Sequence record: ON529852.1
Direction: 5' to 3' (one strand)
DNA length: 64,000 nt
The notes under the pieces were generated by a model. That model saw only the letters and a program-made list of their open reading frames with translations. It was not told where the DNA came from and ran no database searches. A program made the position numbers and the translations under genes. Positions 18,213-27,487 of the stretch are shown here, piece after piece (within the stretch, counting starts at the first letter, position 1; each line of letters opens with the position of its first letter).

Positions 18213-18949
18213 TCGACGATCAGGCCGTGCTTCAAGGCCTCCTCGCGGGTCAGGTTCTGCTTCTCATCCAGGACCAACACCGACTCGGCTTTCGCCGCGA
18301 TCGGATACCGGCACTGGATCGAGATGCGGTGCCCGTGGTTGTAGGCCCAGAAGTGGCCGCGCCCATACTGGGCGTCCAGCGCCGCTTGCAGGTCCGTGCG
18401 GATGTCGTTGATGTGGCGGCCGTCACGGGGCGTGTCGTTACAGATCAACCACTGCATCGGCGCCAGCGGCGCGGCGTCCAGAAGCATGCGATCGAAGTCA
18501 GCGAACTGCGACGGCTTCTTGTCCCAGTTCGGCCGGCGATCCGGCGGCCGATTGTCGGTCATGTTCCAAGGCCGCTCGGGCGCCTTGAACGGCACGGCCT
18601 CGATCCAGTAGGTCTGGAGCGACGTGCTCCAACGTAGGCGCTGCTCCAACCCGGACGCATCTTCCAGCGCCTTCAGCCGCTCCAGGGCGGTGGCGCGGGC
18701 GAGGTCGCGTGCGTCGCTCCCCGCCCGGACGGCTTCGGAGGCGAAGTCGGCGCACGCATACACGTCGGGGCCGGGGGTCAGAATGGGCTCGACGATGTAG
18801 GCCTCCTGGTCAGGGTCCCAACGCCGGCGAAACTGAGCGACGCCCGTCCGCTCCAGAGCCTTGATGCGATCGGCGGCCGCCATCGCGGCCTGCGCCTGAC
18901 CATCGTCGGCGCCCTTCTGAGGGTAGTCGGCTGCGCGGTAGATGGGCAT
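18209..18949 (-). CDS. Hypothetical protein with internal duplication (ATA.ERLKALE..G)
   Basis: SD GAGGAG; downstream of a phage-type promoter. Confidence 0.7.
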   Translation of the reverse strand: MPIYRAADYPQKGADDGQAQAAMAAADRIKALERTGVAQFRRRWDPDQEAYIVEPILTPGPDVYACADFASEAVRAGSDARDLARATALERLKALEDASGLEQRLRWSTSLQTYWIEAVPFKAPERPWNMTDNRPPDRRPNWDKKPSQFADFDRMLLDAAPLAPMQWLICNDTPRDGRHINDIRTDLQAALDAQYGRGHFWAYNHGHRISIQCRYPIAAKAESVLVLDEKQNLTREEALKHGLIVE

Positions 18950-18979
18950 CGGGGCGTCTCCTCTTCAGTTGAGGATCAT

Positions 18980-19006
18980 GTAAAGGAATGATTTGAGGCT
19001 GTCAAC
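18980..19006 (-). promoter_or_regulatory. Phage-type promoter TTGAC-N12-TTCCTTTAC
   Basis: One of 13 co-oriented copies. Confidence 0.8.
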
Positions 19007-19888
19007 CTACTCGTCATCCGCCCGCGTGATGGGGACGCCGGCGAGGCGCTGCGCGCGTTCCCAGATTTCCGCGTCCCTCAAGAAGCCCACCCCGCACTGG
19101 ACGTAGCCGAACTTCTTGGCCTTCACCTGGGCGACCACGTCGACCAGGGTCTGACGCAGCAGCATGGCGTCGGCCGTCGGCGCCAGCTTGCGCGCCATGA
19201 TCTTCTGCCAATCCGCCTCCGCGTGGGCTTGCGCGGCCTCGATCGTGTCGAAGGTCTCAAACGAGAACCACTCGACGACGTCCCAGAGGATGAACTTGTC
19301 GACGTCCTTCTGGATGCCGTAGGAACCGCCCAACCCGTCCGCGATCAGCACGCAGTCCGTGCGACCGAGGTCCACATCGCTCTCGGTCGGCTTGCGCCAG
19401 TCGAGCGGCAGAACAGCCGACGCGGGCGACACAGATGCGGCGTCCGGTCCGGGCCGCCCGACGTTGTAGAAGTAGTTGTCCATCACCTCGCGGACGTCCG
19501 CCTCGGACAGTTCGTCGGCGTCGCGGCGCTTGCGGTTGATGTTGTAGAGGATTTCCGAGATGTCGCGGTCGGACGGCTTGCGCGGAACGACCTGCATGAC
19601 TGCCCCGGATTCCGCCTGCGACGGACGCTGGTTCCAGGCGGCGATTGCGGTCGCGTCGTCGGGCGAAATGACGCTGTCGGGGCAGGGCGGAGCGCCCTCC
19701 GTATAGAGGGAAGCGCAGACGACGCGCCGGCGCATGGGGCCGTAGGAGCCGCCGTCGACGCCCTTCCCCTTGCCGACCCAGTCGCCCATCGTGCCGATCA
19801 GCTTGCCCGGCCCGCCGCAGTGAGGGCAGGGAGCGATCTCCACCAGGGCGACCTCAGGGCTGGGCTTCACATTGATGTCGGACAGCAT
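19007..19888 (-). CDS. Lar-like restriction-alleviation domain protein
   Basis: PCPHCGG..VVC..C..AIAAWNQRP N-terminal signature. Confidence 0.65.
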   Translation of the reverse strand: MLSDINVKPSPEVALVEIAPCPHCGGPGKLIGTMGDWVGKGKGVDGGSYGPMRRRVVCASLYTEGAPPCPDSVISPDDATAIAAWNQRPSQAESGAVMQVVPRKPSDRDISEILYNINRKRRDADELSEADVREVMDNYFYNVGRPGPDAASVSPASAVLPLDWRKPTESDVDLGRTDCVLIADGLGGSYGIQKDVDKFILWDVVEWFSFETFDTIEAAQAHAEADWQKIMARKLAPTADAMLLRQTLVDVVAQVKAKKFGYVQCGVGFLRDAEIWERAQRLAGVPITRADDE

Positions 19889-19917
19889 GGCGATCTCCTC
19901 TTCAGTTGAGGCGATCT

Positions 19918-19944
19918 GTAAAGGAATGTTTTGAGGCCGTCAAG
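19918..19944 (-). promoter_or_regulatory. Phage-type promoter
   Basis: TTGACG-GCCTCAAAACA-TTCCTTTAC. Confidence 0.8.
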
Positions 19945-19947
19945 CCG

Positions 19948-20163
19948 TCAATCGGTGGTCTCGGCCGGGACGAAACAGACCCAGGCGAACGCCATGCTGA
20001 GCAAGGCGCACGGCATCAGGGCGAGCCCCGCCGGCCCACACGTCACGGTGAGGAAGACGCTCGTCAGCGACACGAGGACGGCGATAACCACGAAAGCGGT
20101 GCAGGGAACGTTCGCCACCGCACTGAGGGGTCGGCGCTCGCCCTTATAGTCACGGGTGTCCAT
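19948..20163 (-). CDS. Small membrane protein
   Basis: Two hydrophobic segments; SD GGAGG. Confidence 0.55.
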   Translation of the reverse strand: MDTRDYKGERRPLSAVANVPCTAFVVIAVLVSLTSVFLTVTCGPAGLALMPCALLSMAFAWVCFVPAETTD

Positions 20164-20171
20164 TGGCCCTC

Positions 20172-20264
20172 CTAGTTGATCGACAGGATTTCCCTGATCA
20201 GCATGAAGAGGATGATCAGGTAGATGATGATGACGACGCCCAGGGTTACGTAGAGGCCGGACAT
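20172..20264 (-). CDS. 30-aa single-TM peptide MSGLYVTLGVVIIIYLIILFMLIREILSIN (absent from ORF track)
   Basis: SD AAGGA; hydrophobic; fills the gap between genes. Confidence 0.5.
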   Translation of the reverse strand: MSGLYVTLGVVIIIYLIILFMLIREILSIN

Positions 20265-20375
20265 GGTCTGTCCTTCTTGTCCGAAGCGGCCATCAGCCGC
20301 TTGAAGAAGTCGTCCGGCGCCGGACGTAGCGCCGGCATGAGATAGTAGGGATCGCCGTCGCGGGTCCAGTAGGGT

Positions 20376-20675
20376 TCAGGCGGCATCGGCGACCGCCAGT
20401 CGTTTGTCGCGGGCGTCCATCGTCGCCAGCATCATGGACAGACTGCCAATGCACGCAAACGCCCTGGGGTAGCTGTTCGGCTCCGCCTCGGCGTCCCTAC
20501 AAACCGCCTTCACGCCCGCCGCCATGTCTTTGACCGCCAGCGTGCGCTCGGCGGCCAATCGCTCGTTGGCGCGCTCCTGCATGACGTGATGCGTCACGAG
20601 GAAGGTGATGGAGATCGCGAACGCCATGGCGATCCCGACCAGCGCCCACAGGGCGGCCTTGTCATTCTTCGACAC
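20376..20675 (-). CDS. Membrane-anchored hypothetical protein
   Basis: N-terminal TM; SD GAGGAG. Confidence 0.55.
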   Translation of the reverse strand: MSKNDKAALWALVGIAMAFAISITFLVTHHVMQERANERLAAERTLAVKDMAAGVKAVCRDAEAEPNSYPRAFACIGSLSMMLATMDARDKRLAVADAA

Positions 20676-20966
20676 TGGCGCGGAACTCCTCTTTCAAACT
20701 GTAGAGGCGCAGCACGCGATTACGCCCCAGGCTGTCGCAGGCGTGGAACCGCCCGATCTCGAAGCGCTCGTCCCGGCCGAGCCAGGACGCCGCGACCTGC
20801 GCGCGGTTCATCGGGTGCGGGCTCATGCCCTTCCACAGCTTGGGCTCAGGCACGGCGTCGCAGAAGGCTGAGTTCATCCAGCCGTCCATGATACAGACGC
20901 TCCAGACGACGCCGCCCCCTTCGCGGCGCATCAGGGCGACCATGGCGTCGCCTACCGGATTGGTCT

Positions 20967-21251
20967 TCATGCCGACACCTGCGCGCGGTTCTTGCCGATG
21001 TGGTAGCCGTCGCAGAACGCGCACTTGTAGGGGCGAAACTCGCCGCCGTGCTTGCGCTGCATGGAATCGGCAGCCTTCTGGGCGCTCTCGGGCGAACCGT
21101 ACATCACCTTGGGCTTGCCCGACCCCTGGGCGATGTGGGAGTGGCGGCTGAACAGCCCCCAGGCGTTGCCGGTGATGAAGAAGTTGCGCAGCAGACGCTT
21201 GAGCGGCAACTGGCTCTTGAGCGCCAGGAAGAGGTTGCGCGGTCGGATCAT
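20967..21251 (-). CDS. Phage protein with C-terminal YKCxxCxxYH motif
   Basis: PKVMYGS..A..AA..RPYKCAFCDGYHIG. Confidence 0.65.
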   Translation of the reverse strand: MIRPRNLFLALKSQLPLKRLLRNFFITGNAWGLFSRHSHIAQGSGKPKVMYGSPESAQKAADSMQRKHGGEFRPYKCAFCDGYHIGKNRAQVSA

Positions 21252-21622
21252 GCCGTGATCCCCATGCGGCGCATCAGGCCGCTGATGTAGTGGGCGCCGA
21301 AGGTGTGGTAGGAGAAGAAGAGCGACGGGTGTCCGAAGCAGTCGTCGTTGCGCCCGACCTCGTTGCGGGCCGCCCGCTCACGCGCGTCGCTCGGCATGAT
21401 GCAGCCGTTCGCCGCCGTGTGCAGGGCGCCGACACAGTAGGCGGTCTCGGGGTTCTCCGGGCCGTGGTCGCGTAGGTGGCAGGACGGAACCTGGTTCTCC
21501 TGCACCACGTCGGCATACCATTGCGCCTCGTGCCCGCCCAGGTAGCCCTGGAGGGCGTCCTTGCGCCACGGGCACTCGTTGCAGGGGGTCTTGTGAATCA
21601 GGCGGCGGTTGTCGGTGGTCAC
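21248..21622 (-). CDS. Cys/His-rich phage protein
   Basis: PCNECPWRKD, SCH and YCVG motifs. Confidence 0.65.
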   Translation of the reverse strand: MTTDNRRLIHKTPCNECPWRKDALQGYLGGHEAQWYADVVQENQVPSCHLRDHGPENPETAYCVGALHTAANGCIMPSDARERAARNEVGRNDDCFGHPSLFFSYHTFGAHYISGLMRRMGITA

Positions 21623-21906
21623 GAAAGTTCCCCCAGGCGGCGATCGGTAAGCTGACCCCAGACGTAGCGGCGCATCATGACCGCGCCGGCGCAGCGCTCT
21701 TGCGGGTCACCCGTCTCGACTTTACGGGGCGGCTCGGTGCAGACCATCTGCTCCGCGTTCAGCAGGTCGGCGTGCACGGCCAGGCGCTCGGCCTGCACGT
21801 CGTCCGTGTCCTGGGTGCTGACGCCTACGGCGATGCCGACCACGAAGATGAAGACGGCCGCGATAAACATCACCACCGTCACCATCGGATTGACACGCTC
21901 GCCCAT
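21619..21906 (-). CDS. Membrane-anchored hypothetical protein
   Basis: N-terminal TM; resembles 20376-20675 in architecture. Confidence 0.5.
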   Translation of the reverse strand: MGERVNPMVTVVMFIAAVFIFVVGIAVGVSTQDTDDVQAERLAVHADLLNAEQMVCTEPPRKVETGDPQERCAGAVMMRRYVWGQLTDRRLGELS

Positions 21907-22508
21907 CAGATCGTCTCCAGCTTCTTGCCCGTCAGGGCTTCCAAGGCGGCGGCTGCCGCCCGGTAGTTCTCCAGCCGGAACACCGACGTGGCGGGGCCGC
22001 CGACGAACCCGTGGTCGGTCCAGATTTCGTGGCTGCCGTCTTCGGCCGCATCGTAGCTGCGCACGACGGCCGCGAACGGGGCCAGCGCCGCGATGGCCTG
22101 CTCGACCGTTTCCACCGAAGGGGTGGGCGGGGCCACATAAGGGCGGATGTAGGAGATGATGCACTGCCAGGCGACGTCGGGGAAATCGCAGGCGCGGCCG
22201 CGCAACACCGCCCCCGTCACCAGCCAAGCCTCAACCACCGCCTCGCCGACGGGATTGACGTCTCCGGTGAACTTCAACCAGCCGTCCCGGCGGGGCCGGC
22301 CGATGAAGGTGTAGTGGGTCAACGGTCCCGCCATCCCACCGATGCCGATGGCGCCGCCCTTCGAGGCGCTGGGGTCCCGCTCAAGGGTTCGGATCGCACC
22401 GAAGCACGGACGGCCGCGATGCGTCGCCCACACAAAATCGCCCACCTGGATATGGGCCGAGTTCTGGATCGTCAGGCGCTCGCCGAGCGCGGGCAAGGTG
22501 GTGGTCAT
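21906..22508 (-). CDS. Hypothetical protein
   Basis: Operon packing. Confidence 0.55.
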   Translation of the reverse strand: MTTTLPALGERLTIQNSAHIQVGDFVWATHRGRPCFGAIRTLERDPSASKGGAIGIGGMAGPLTHYTFIGRPRRDGWLKFTGDVNPVGEAVVEAWLVTGAVLRGRACDFPDVAWQCIISYIRPYVAPPTPSVETVEQAIAALAPFAAVVRSYDAAEDGSHEIWTDHGFVGGPATSVFRLENYRAAAAALEALTGKKLETI

Positions 22509-22744
22509 CGGGCAGGCCCCCTGTTGGTCACGCGTTGGCGGATTTTGGTCAGGCACTCTTCCATCTGGCGGGCGTCGTCCTCCTGCTGATGGCGGCGACC
22601 GGCGTCGTAGGCGCGCTGCACCATGGCGCCCAGGAAATCGACATCGATCTCGGTGACGGTCTTCGGGATTTCCCCCGCGAGGACTTCCGCGCCGGCCGCA
22701 TTGACGTAGGTCACGCGGGCCTTGTCTATGGCCGCGTCAGCCAA
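22505..22744 (-). CDS. Hypothetical protein
   Basis: Operon packing. Confidence 0.5.
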   Translation of the reverse strand: MADAAIDKARVTYVNAAGAEVLAGEIPKTVTEIDVDFLGAMVQRAYDAGRRHQQEDDARQMEECLTKIRQRVTNRGPAR

Positions 22745-23087
22745 TGGACAGGCCCACGGCGGCGGCCATGCGGTCGCTGATCTCGCGCAGCGTGGTGGTC
22801 TCGCCGGCGATGAAGGTGTTGCGCTCAGCGACCCATTCCCGGACCAGAGCCTCCAGGTCCGGCGCGTTGTGCGGCCGGATCACGAAGGGCTCGTCGCAGG
22901 GGTCCTCGAAAATCGAGTCCTTGGCCTTGGCGTACCACTGGTAGAGGTTGGTCCCGTCGTAGCGGAACAGGCGGGGATCGCGGACGCCGACCTTCGGCAT
23001 CTGGTTGTAGGCGAAGGATTCCATGTCGGGGACGTGGGTCCGGTCCGCCGCCGCCGGGAAATCATACGTCAGGTGCGTGTCGCTCAT
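22737..23087 (-). CDS. Hypothetical protein
   Basis: SD AAGGAGG after promoter. Confidence 0.65.
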   Translation of the reverse strand: MSDTHLTYDFPAAADRTHVPDMESFAYNQMPKVGVRDPRLFRYDGTNLYQWYAKAKDSIFEDPCDEPFVIRPHNAPDLEALVREWVAERNTFIAGETTTLREISDRMAAAVGLSIG

Positions 23088-23114
23088 GCGGTCCTCCTTC
23101 GTGGTCAGGGGTGT

Positions 23115-23141
23115 GTAAAGGAATGATTTGCGGCTGTCAAC
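23115..23141 (-). promoter_or_regulatory. Phage-type promoter
   Basis: TTGACA-GCCGCAAATCA-TTCCTTTAC. Confidence 0.8.
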
Positions 23142-24726
23142 TCTTTGCGGCTGCCTGATCGTGCTTCATAAGCGACTCGACGAAGTCTGCCCACAGCCCC
23201 TCGTTGACGATGTAGTCGTCACGCCGCCGCAGCAGGTCCGACCACTCGGCCTGCGACCGCCACGGGTTCTCTTCATCTTCCGGCTTGACCTTCAGTTCGT
23301 CCAGCACGACGCGGGCATGGGCGTGCGCCTGGCGGGCTCCGGCTTCGGCCTGTTTCCAGGCGTTGGTGTCCAGATGGCGTTGGCCGGGGTCGTAGAAGGC
23401 CAGGACGAAGTTGAGCGCGCCCCAGCACTTCTCCAGCGCCTCGCTCGCGGCCTTGTAGGCGTCCGACCGAACGACGCGCCCTGCCTCCAGAATCTCTTCG
23501 ACCACAGCCTCGAATTCCCGCTGGGCGATGGGGTCTTCGGGCGTCCGGTATCCCGCACGGTCCTCCATCCCCATGGCCTTCCACCACCCGTAGCGGCGCC
23601 CGATGCGATACAGGGCTTCGGCGGCGACCTCGACAGCCGGCACGTCTTCCGTCAGCGCCAGAGTCGCTTCGGTCTCCAGTTCCTGCGCCGACGCGTCCAG
23701 GGCGGCGTTGTAGTCCGCCGCGCCGCGTTTCAGGTAGTCCATCCAGTCGGTTTCGATGCTACGCTCGAAGTAGGCGGGATCATCCGCCGGCAGGGCGGCG
23801 TTCGTGCGCCAGCCGGCCCGGAACGCCGCGAACTGGTCAGACGCCGCTTGCAGGCCGATCATCGTCCACAGGTCGTCCGCCAGCAGGCGGATGCCGCCCA
23901 AGGGCGCCGACTTGTGCGGATGGTCGAACAGGCTGCCCGCGATCAGATCAAACAGGTGGTCGGCGGACCGCAGGCCTTCCTTCGGACCCGCCGTCGCCTG
24001 CGCCAGGATGTCGCCGATCCAGGCGTTCATCTTCTTGCCGCTGGCGAGCGCCGCCGCCTGGGTCGGATCGACGGCGTTGCGCAGCAGCGGCCACAGGGCG
24101 TTCGCCACGTCGTCCGCCATCAGGTCGTAGTCGCCGGCGCGGCGGTGCGTGATCAGGTCCTTGACCGAGGCCTTCAGCGCCGCCTCATCCTTGAACGCCG
24201 GGGTATGCGGCGTCGCCTTCAAAGCCTCGGACGCCATGTCGCAGGCGCGCTCGGCGGCGGCCCGAAACGCCTCGTCGCCGCTATTGCAGCGGCCGACCCA
24301 CAGCTTGTCCTGGCACTCCCTCAGAGCGGCGCACAGGCGCTCGACGTTGAGCGGATCGGACAGCGCTCGCGCCCACTTCCGAAACTCTACCGCTGTTTTT
24401 CGGCACTGCGCTGCGACCGCGCGGCTGTTGTCCGCCCGCTTGGCCTTGAAGGGGTCGGGGTTCTGCGCCCAGTCCGCCGCATCCTCGTCGTAGCGCACGG
24501 CGGCGTCGTCATTCGATTCGGCCTGACGCAAGCAATAGTCGTGCAGGGCGGCGACGCTGGGATCGGGCGTGAGTTCGGCCGCGACAGCGTCGGCCTGGGC
24601 TTGCGCGGGCTCGCCATAGATGGCGAACCCCTCGCCGGGCTCCCAGTGGACAGGGTAGTCGGCTCCCCACCAGGTGACTTCACGGTCGTTGCGGACCCAG
24701 CCGAGCGGCGTGCGGGTGTCGGTCAT
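23137..24726 (-). CDS. 529-aa mosaic hypothetical protein
   Basis: Long ORF with phage codon bias; SD AAGGAG. Confidence 0.75.
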   Translation of the reverse strand: MTDTRTPLGWVRNDREVTWWGADYPVHWEPGEGFAIYGEPAQAQADAVAAELTPDPSVAALHDYCLRQAESNDDAAVRYDEDAADWAQNPDPFKAKRADNSRAVAAQCRKTAVEFRKWARALSDPLNVERLCAALRECQDKLWVGRCNSGDEAFRAAAERACDMASEALKATPHTPAFKDEAALKASVKDLITHRRAGDYDLMADDVANALWPLLRNAVDPTQAAALASGKKMNAWIGDILAQATAGPKEGLRSADHLFDLIAGSLFDHPHKSAPLGGIRLLADDLWTMIGLQAASDQFAAFRAGWRTNAALPADDPAYFERSIETDWMDYLKRGAADYNAALDASAQELETEATLALTEDVPAVEVAAEALYRIGRRYGWWKAMGMEDRAGYRTPEDPIAQREFEAVVEEILEAGRVVRSDAYKAASEALEKCWGALNFVLAFYDPGQRHLDTNAWKQAEAGARQAHAHARVVLDELKVKPEDEENPWRSQAEWSDLLRRRDDYIVNEGLWADFVESLMKHDQAAAKS

Positions 24727-24737
24727 CAGGGGCTCCT

Positions 24738-25286
24738 TCAGATCATGTCCATGGCGCGCAGGCGCGCGGCGGCGCCGTAGACCCGGACGGTCTCACGGGT
24801 GATTCGGGGGTCGCTCAGGCTGCTGGTGACCAGAGGCGCATGGCATTCGTCGGTCGGTTCGAACACGCCCAGCGACATGGCGCGCCCGGTGTAGATTTGC
24901 TGGTAGGACAGGGGGAACGGGTAGGGGTAGTGCCCTTCCGGCCTGTCGCCGGCGCAGAACATGCGCAGATAGCCGAGGGGCTCGGGATCGCGCACGTCAT
25001 CGACGCCGGTCTCCTCACGCAGTTCGCGCAGCGCGGCGTCCAGCATCCCTTCGCCGGCCTCGATATGACCGCCCGCCATCTCGATCCCGCGCCGGGTGTT
25101 ATGCGCCAGGACCACCGCCCAGGTGTCCAGATAGGGGACCATGAAGGCGGTGCGGGTCAGGTCTTCAGGGGCCTCGTCGTCCGACAGGATCAGGTCCACC
25201 CGGTTCGGCTTCGGCAGCCAGTCGACGTCAAACTCGGTGCGTGCGATCACGGCGCCGGGCGGCAAGGTGGTCTTGGGGGTGGACAT
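24738..25286 (-). CDS. NUDIX hydrolase
   Basis: GGHIEAGEGMLDAALRELREETG Nudix box. Confidence 0.9.
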   Translation of the reverse strand: MSTPKTTLPPGAVIARTEFDVDWLPKPNRVDLILSDDEAPEDLTRTAFMVPYLDTWAVVLAHNTRRGIEMAGGHIEAGEGMLDAALRELREETGVDDVRDPEPLGYLRMFCAGDRPEGHYPYPFPLSYQQIYTGRAMSLGVFEPTDECHAPLVTSSLSDPRITRETVRVYGAAARLRAMDMI

Positions 25287-25315
25287 CGACGCTCCTTCAA
25301 CGGTTCGCCCGTCGT

Positions 25316-25342
25316 GTAAAGGAACGGTGTGAGGAATACAAG
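25316..25342 (-). promoter_or_regulatory. Phage-type promoter (variant -35 TTGTAT)
   Basis: TTCCTTTAC core at the same spacing. Confidence 0.65.
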
Positions 25343-25450
25343 CAGAACTTCTTGCCGCCTGACAATATTCGTGTCACTCAGGTTTTACCGTCAGGGATGT
25401 CCCCTGCCGGCCCAGGCGGCTGCGGCCGTCGATCGAAAGGACCACCGCCC

Positions 25451-26536
25451 ATGAGCGGCACTGACCTGCGCGTCCGCGCGCATTTGACCTATTCCGTCAC
25501 GTCCTACCAGGATACCGGCAAGACCGGCACGAGCCGGGAAGTAGGCTCCGGCTTCACGGCTGACGTCGCAAACGAAATCGCGGAGGCCGTACATGCCGTC
25601 GCCGACGCCCCGCGCGACCTGACCCTGGTTGACGTCACCGACGCCACTTATGAAATCGCGAAGGCTGCGCATCGCGTCAGTCAGATCGTCGACGCCCCTG
25701 AAGGGACAGCCTACCTCATTGAGCGCCTGTCCCCGCGCCAAGTCCGCCTGACCGAAGTCACGCCGCAAACGCAGCGCTACACGATCGACGCCACGGTCTT
25801 GGACCTGAAGAGCAGCCTGGGTAACCTCCAGACCGTCGCCGATACGGTCAAGGATTCCATCATGCGTGAGATCAGCCGCATTAACCTGCCCGAGCGGTGG
25901 GATGACCTGTCGAGCGAGACCACCCGGCGTGGGCTGGAAGCCTTCATGGCGGTCCAGACGGTGGGCAAGGATGCCTGGCGGGATCATGAGATCGAGGGGA
26001 TGGTGAATCGCATCGCTCAGCGGACCGGCAAGGCCAAGGTCGACCTGCGGCGCATGTTTGAGAACGCCCAGGAGCGGGTGATGGAGGCCAAACGCATCCT
26101 GGCGGACGCCGTCCCGACCAAGGCGCCCCTGACCGCGCGTGAAGAGCACTACTGCAAGAACCGCGCGAAGGGTTGCACGCCCCACGACGCGGCGCGCTAT
26201 GCGGGGTTCCTCAACGATCCGACGTCGTCGTTCAATACCGCACTGCTGGAAAACTCACCCCCGATCCAGGCGCGGATCGCGGAACTGATCACCGCCAAGG
26301 CGCCCGCCGCAACCCCGACTACGGCGCAGACTCCGCCCAACGGCTCCTACCGCCTGGACAACGCCACGCAGGAGTTCTTCGCCATGAACATCGGCTTCTA
26401 CGGCATGACGGTCGAAGCGGCCGCCAAGCAGATGAGCCTGCCGCTGGAAACAGCGGACGGTCTGATGCAGATGCCGTCGGTGGAGGCGCGGATCAAGTTC
26501 TTCCAGCGCTGCGCCGCCTGGGGCGAACGCGGATGA
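25451..26536 (+). CDS. Hypothetical protein with C-terminal TerS-like HTH repeats
   Basis: REEHYCKNRAKGCTPHDAARYAGF matches TerS RNELYARHRAKGMNAAKAAMAAGY. Confidence 0.7.
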   Translation: MSGTDLRVRAHLTYSVTSYQDTGKTGTSREVGSGFTADVANEIAEAVHAVADAPRDLTLVDVTDATYEIAKAAHRVSQIVDAPEGTAYLIERLSPRQVRLTEVTPQTQRYTIDATVLDLKSSLGNLQTVADTVKDSIMREISRINLPERWDDLSSETTRRGLEAFMAVQTVGKDAWRDHEIEGMVNRIAQRTGKAKVDLRRMFENAQERVMEAKRILADAVPTKAPLTAREEHYCKNRAKGCTPHDAARYAGFLNDPTSSFNTALLENSPPIQARIAELITAKAPAATPTTAQTPPNGSYRLDNATQEFFAMNIGFYGMTVEAAAKQMSLPLETADGLMQMPSVEARIKFFQRCAAWGERG

Positions 26537-26766
26537 AGCGCCTGTTCGATGACGCCCAGAACTGGACGCTGGACGGACAGGAGGCCCTGCGGATCGCCGG
26601 CACGCATATGCGGGCGGCGGTCGCTGAACTGGTCGCGGCGGGGTTCTCCTGCCGCGACGCCGGCCTGGTCCTCCACGAGGAGGTGACGATGTCGGTCGCA
26701 TTGCACCACATCGCACCTCCGCTTCGGGCGAACGTCGAGGCCTTCCGCGCGGAAGGTCCGCAATGA
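26533..26766 (+). CDS. Hypothetical protein, paralog of 26763-27110
   Basis: MKRLFDD..W vs MKRVFDD..W. Confidence 0.6.
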   Translation: MKRLFDDAQNWTLDGQEALRIAGTHMRAAVAELVAAGFSCRDAGLVLHEEVTMSVALHHIAPPLRANVEAFRAEGPQ

Positions 26767-27110
26767 AGCGCGTCTTCGACGACCACGGCCTCTGGAACCC
26801 GGAGGCTCACGCCGCCGGGCTCCGGGCGCTGCCCCTAGTGAAGCAGGCGTTTGAACTGCTGCTGGGCGAGGGCTACAACCCGCGCGAGGCGCAGGCGCTG
26901 CTCAACGCCACGGTGGATGAGGAGACGCTGGACCGCATCCTTGTGGTCAAGGAGCGGCTTCGACTGAAGCAGGCCGGGCACGCCGAGGCTGAGCGGGTCG
27001 GAAACCTGCGCCGGCATCTGCCGTTCCCGCCGGCCGACCACCCCGTCTTCACGCCCGAGCACAAGCAGAAGGCCTTCGATCTGGTGCGGCCTGAAGGCGA
27101 ATCGGCATGA
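26763..27110 (+). CDS. Hypothetical protein
   Basis: ATGA overlap; paralog of upstream gene. Confidence 0.6.
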   Translation: MKRVFDDHGLWNPEAHAAGLRALPLVKQAFELLLGEGYNPREAQALLNATVDEETLDRILVVKERLRLKQAGHAEAERVGNLRRHLPFPPADHPVFTPEHKQKAFDLVRPEGESA

Positions 27111-27382
27111 GCCCTGGATACAAGGCGGTCGCGGTCCAGGACGGGTTCCTCCGAAACCGATACGGTTATGAGCAGCGCGTTGCGCCCGGCTGCTTCACCA
27201 TTGTGGACGTGCACGACAACCCGATCCGCACCCACGACGGCTTCGCGACCTTTTCCAGCCTCAAGGAAGCGGCCTGGTGCGCCGAGTTGATGCAGGGCGC
27301 CTTCTTCGAGGGCGAGGCCAGCGTCAAGGCGGCCATGCGCAATCTGCTCGACATCCCGGAACCACCGGACGACGAAGATTGA
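27107..27382 (+). CDS. Hypothetical protein
   Basis: ATGA overlap. Confidence 0.6.
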   Translation: MSPGYKAVAVQDGFLRNRYGYEQRVAPGCFTIVDVHDNPIRTHDGFATFSSLKEAAWCAELMQGAFFEGEASVKAAMRNLLDIPEPPDDED

Positions 27383-27389
27383 TGGCGGC

Positions 27390-27419
27390 TTGACGGTATG
27401 GAGGCGGTCGTGCTAAACA
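27390..27419 (+). promoter_or_regulatory. Host-type promoter for the tRNA locus
   Basis: TTGACG-16-GCTAAAC, resembling the Caulobacter housekeeping consensus. Confidence 0.7.
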
Positions 27420-27426
27420 ACGCCTC

Positions 27427-27459
27427 ATGCTGACCGCCCTGAGACTCAGGACTGCCTAA
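27427..27459 (+). CDS. Putative leaderless leader peptide MLTALRLRTA (Arg codons AGA, AGG)
   Basis: ATG at the predicted +1; TAA forms the base of the terminator stem. Confidence 0.55.
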   Translation: MLTALRLRTA

Positions 27460-27486
27460 GCGCCCCAGACCACCGGGGCGCTTTTT
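27458..27486 (+). terminator. Intrinsic terminator immediately 5' of tRNA-Arg
   Basis: AAGCGCCCC/GGGGCGCTT stem plus TTTTT. Confidence 0.85.
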
Positions 27487-27487
27487 C

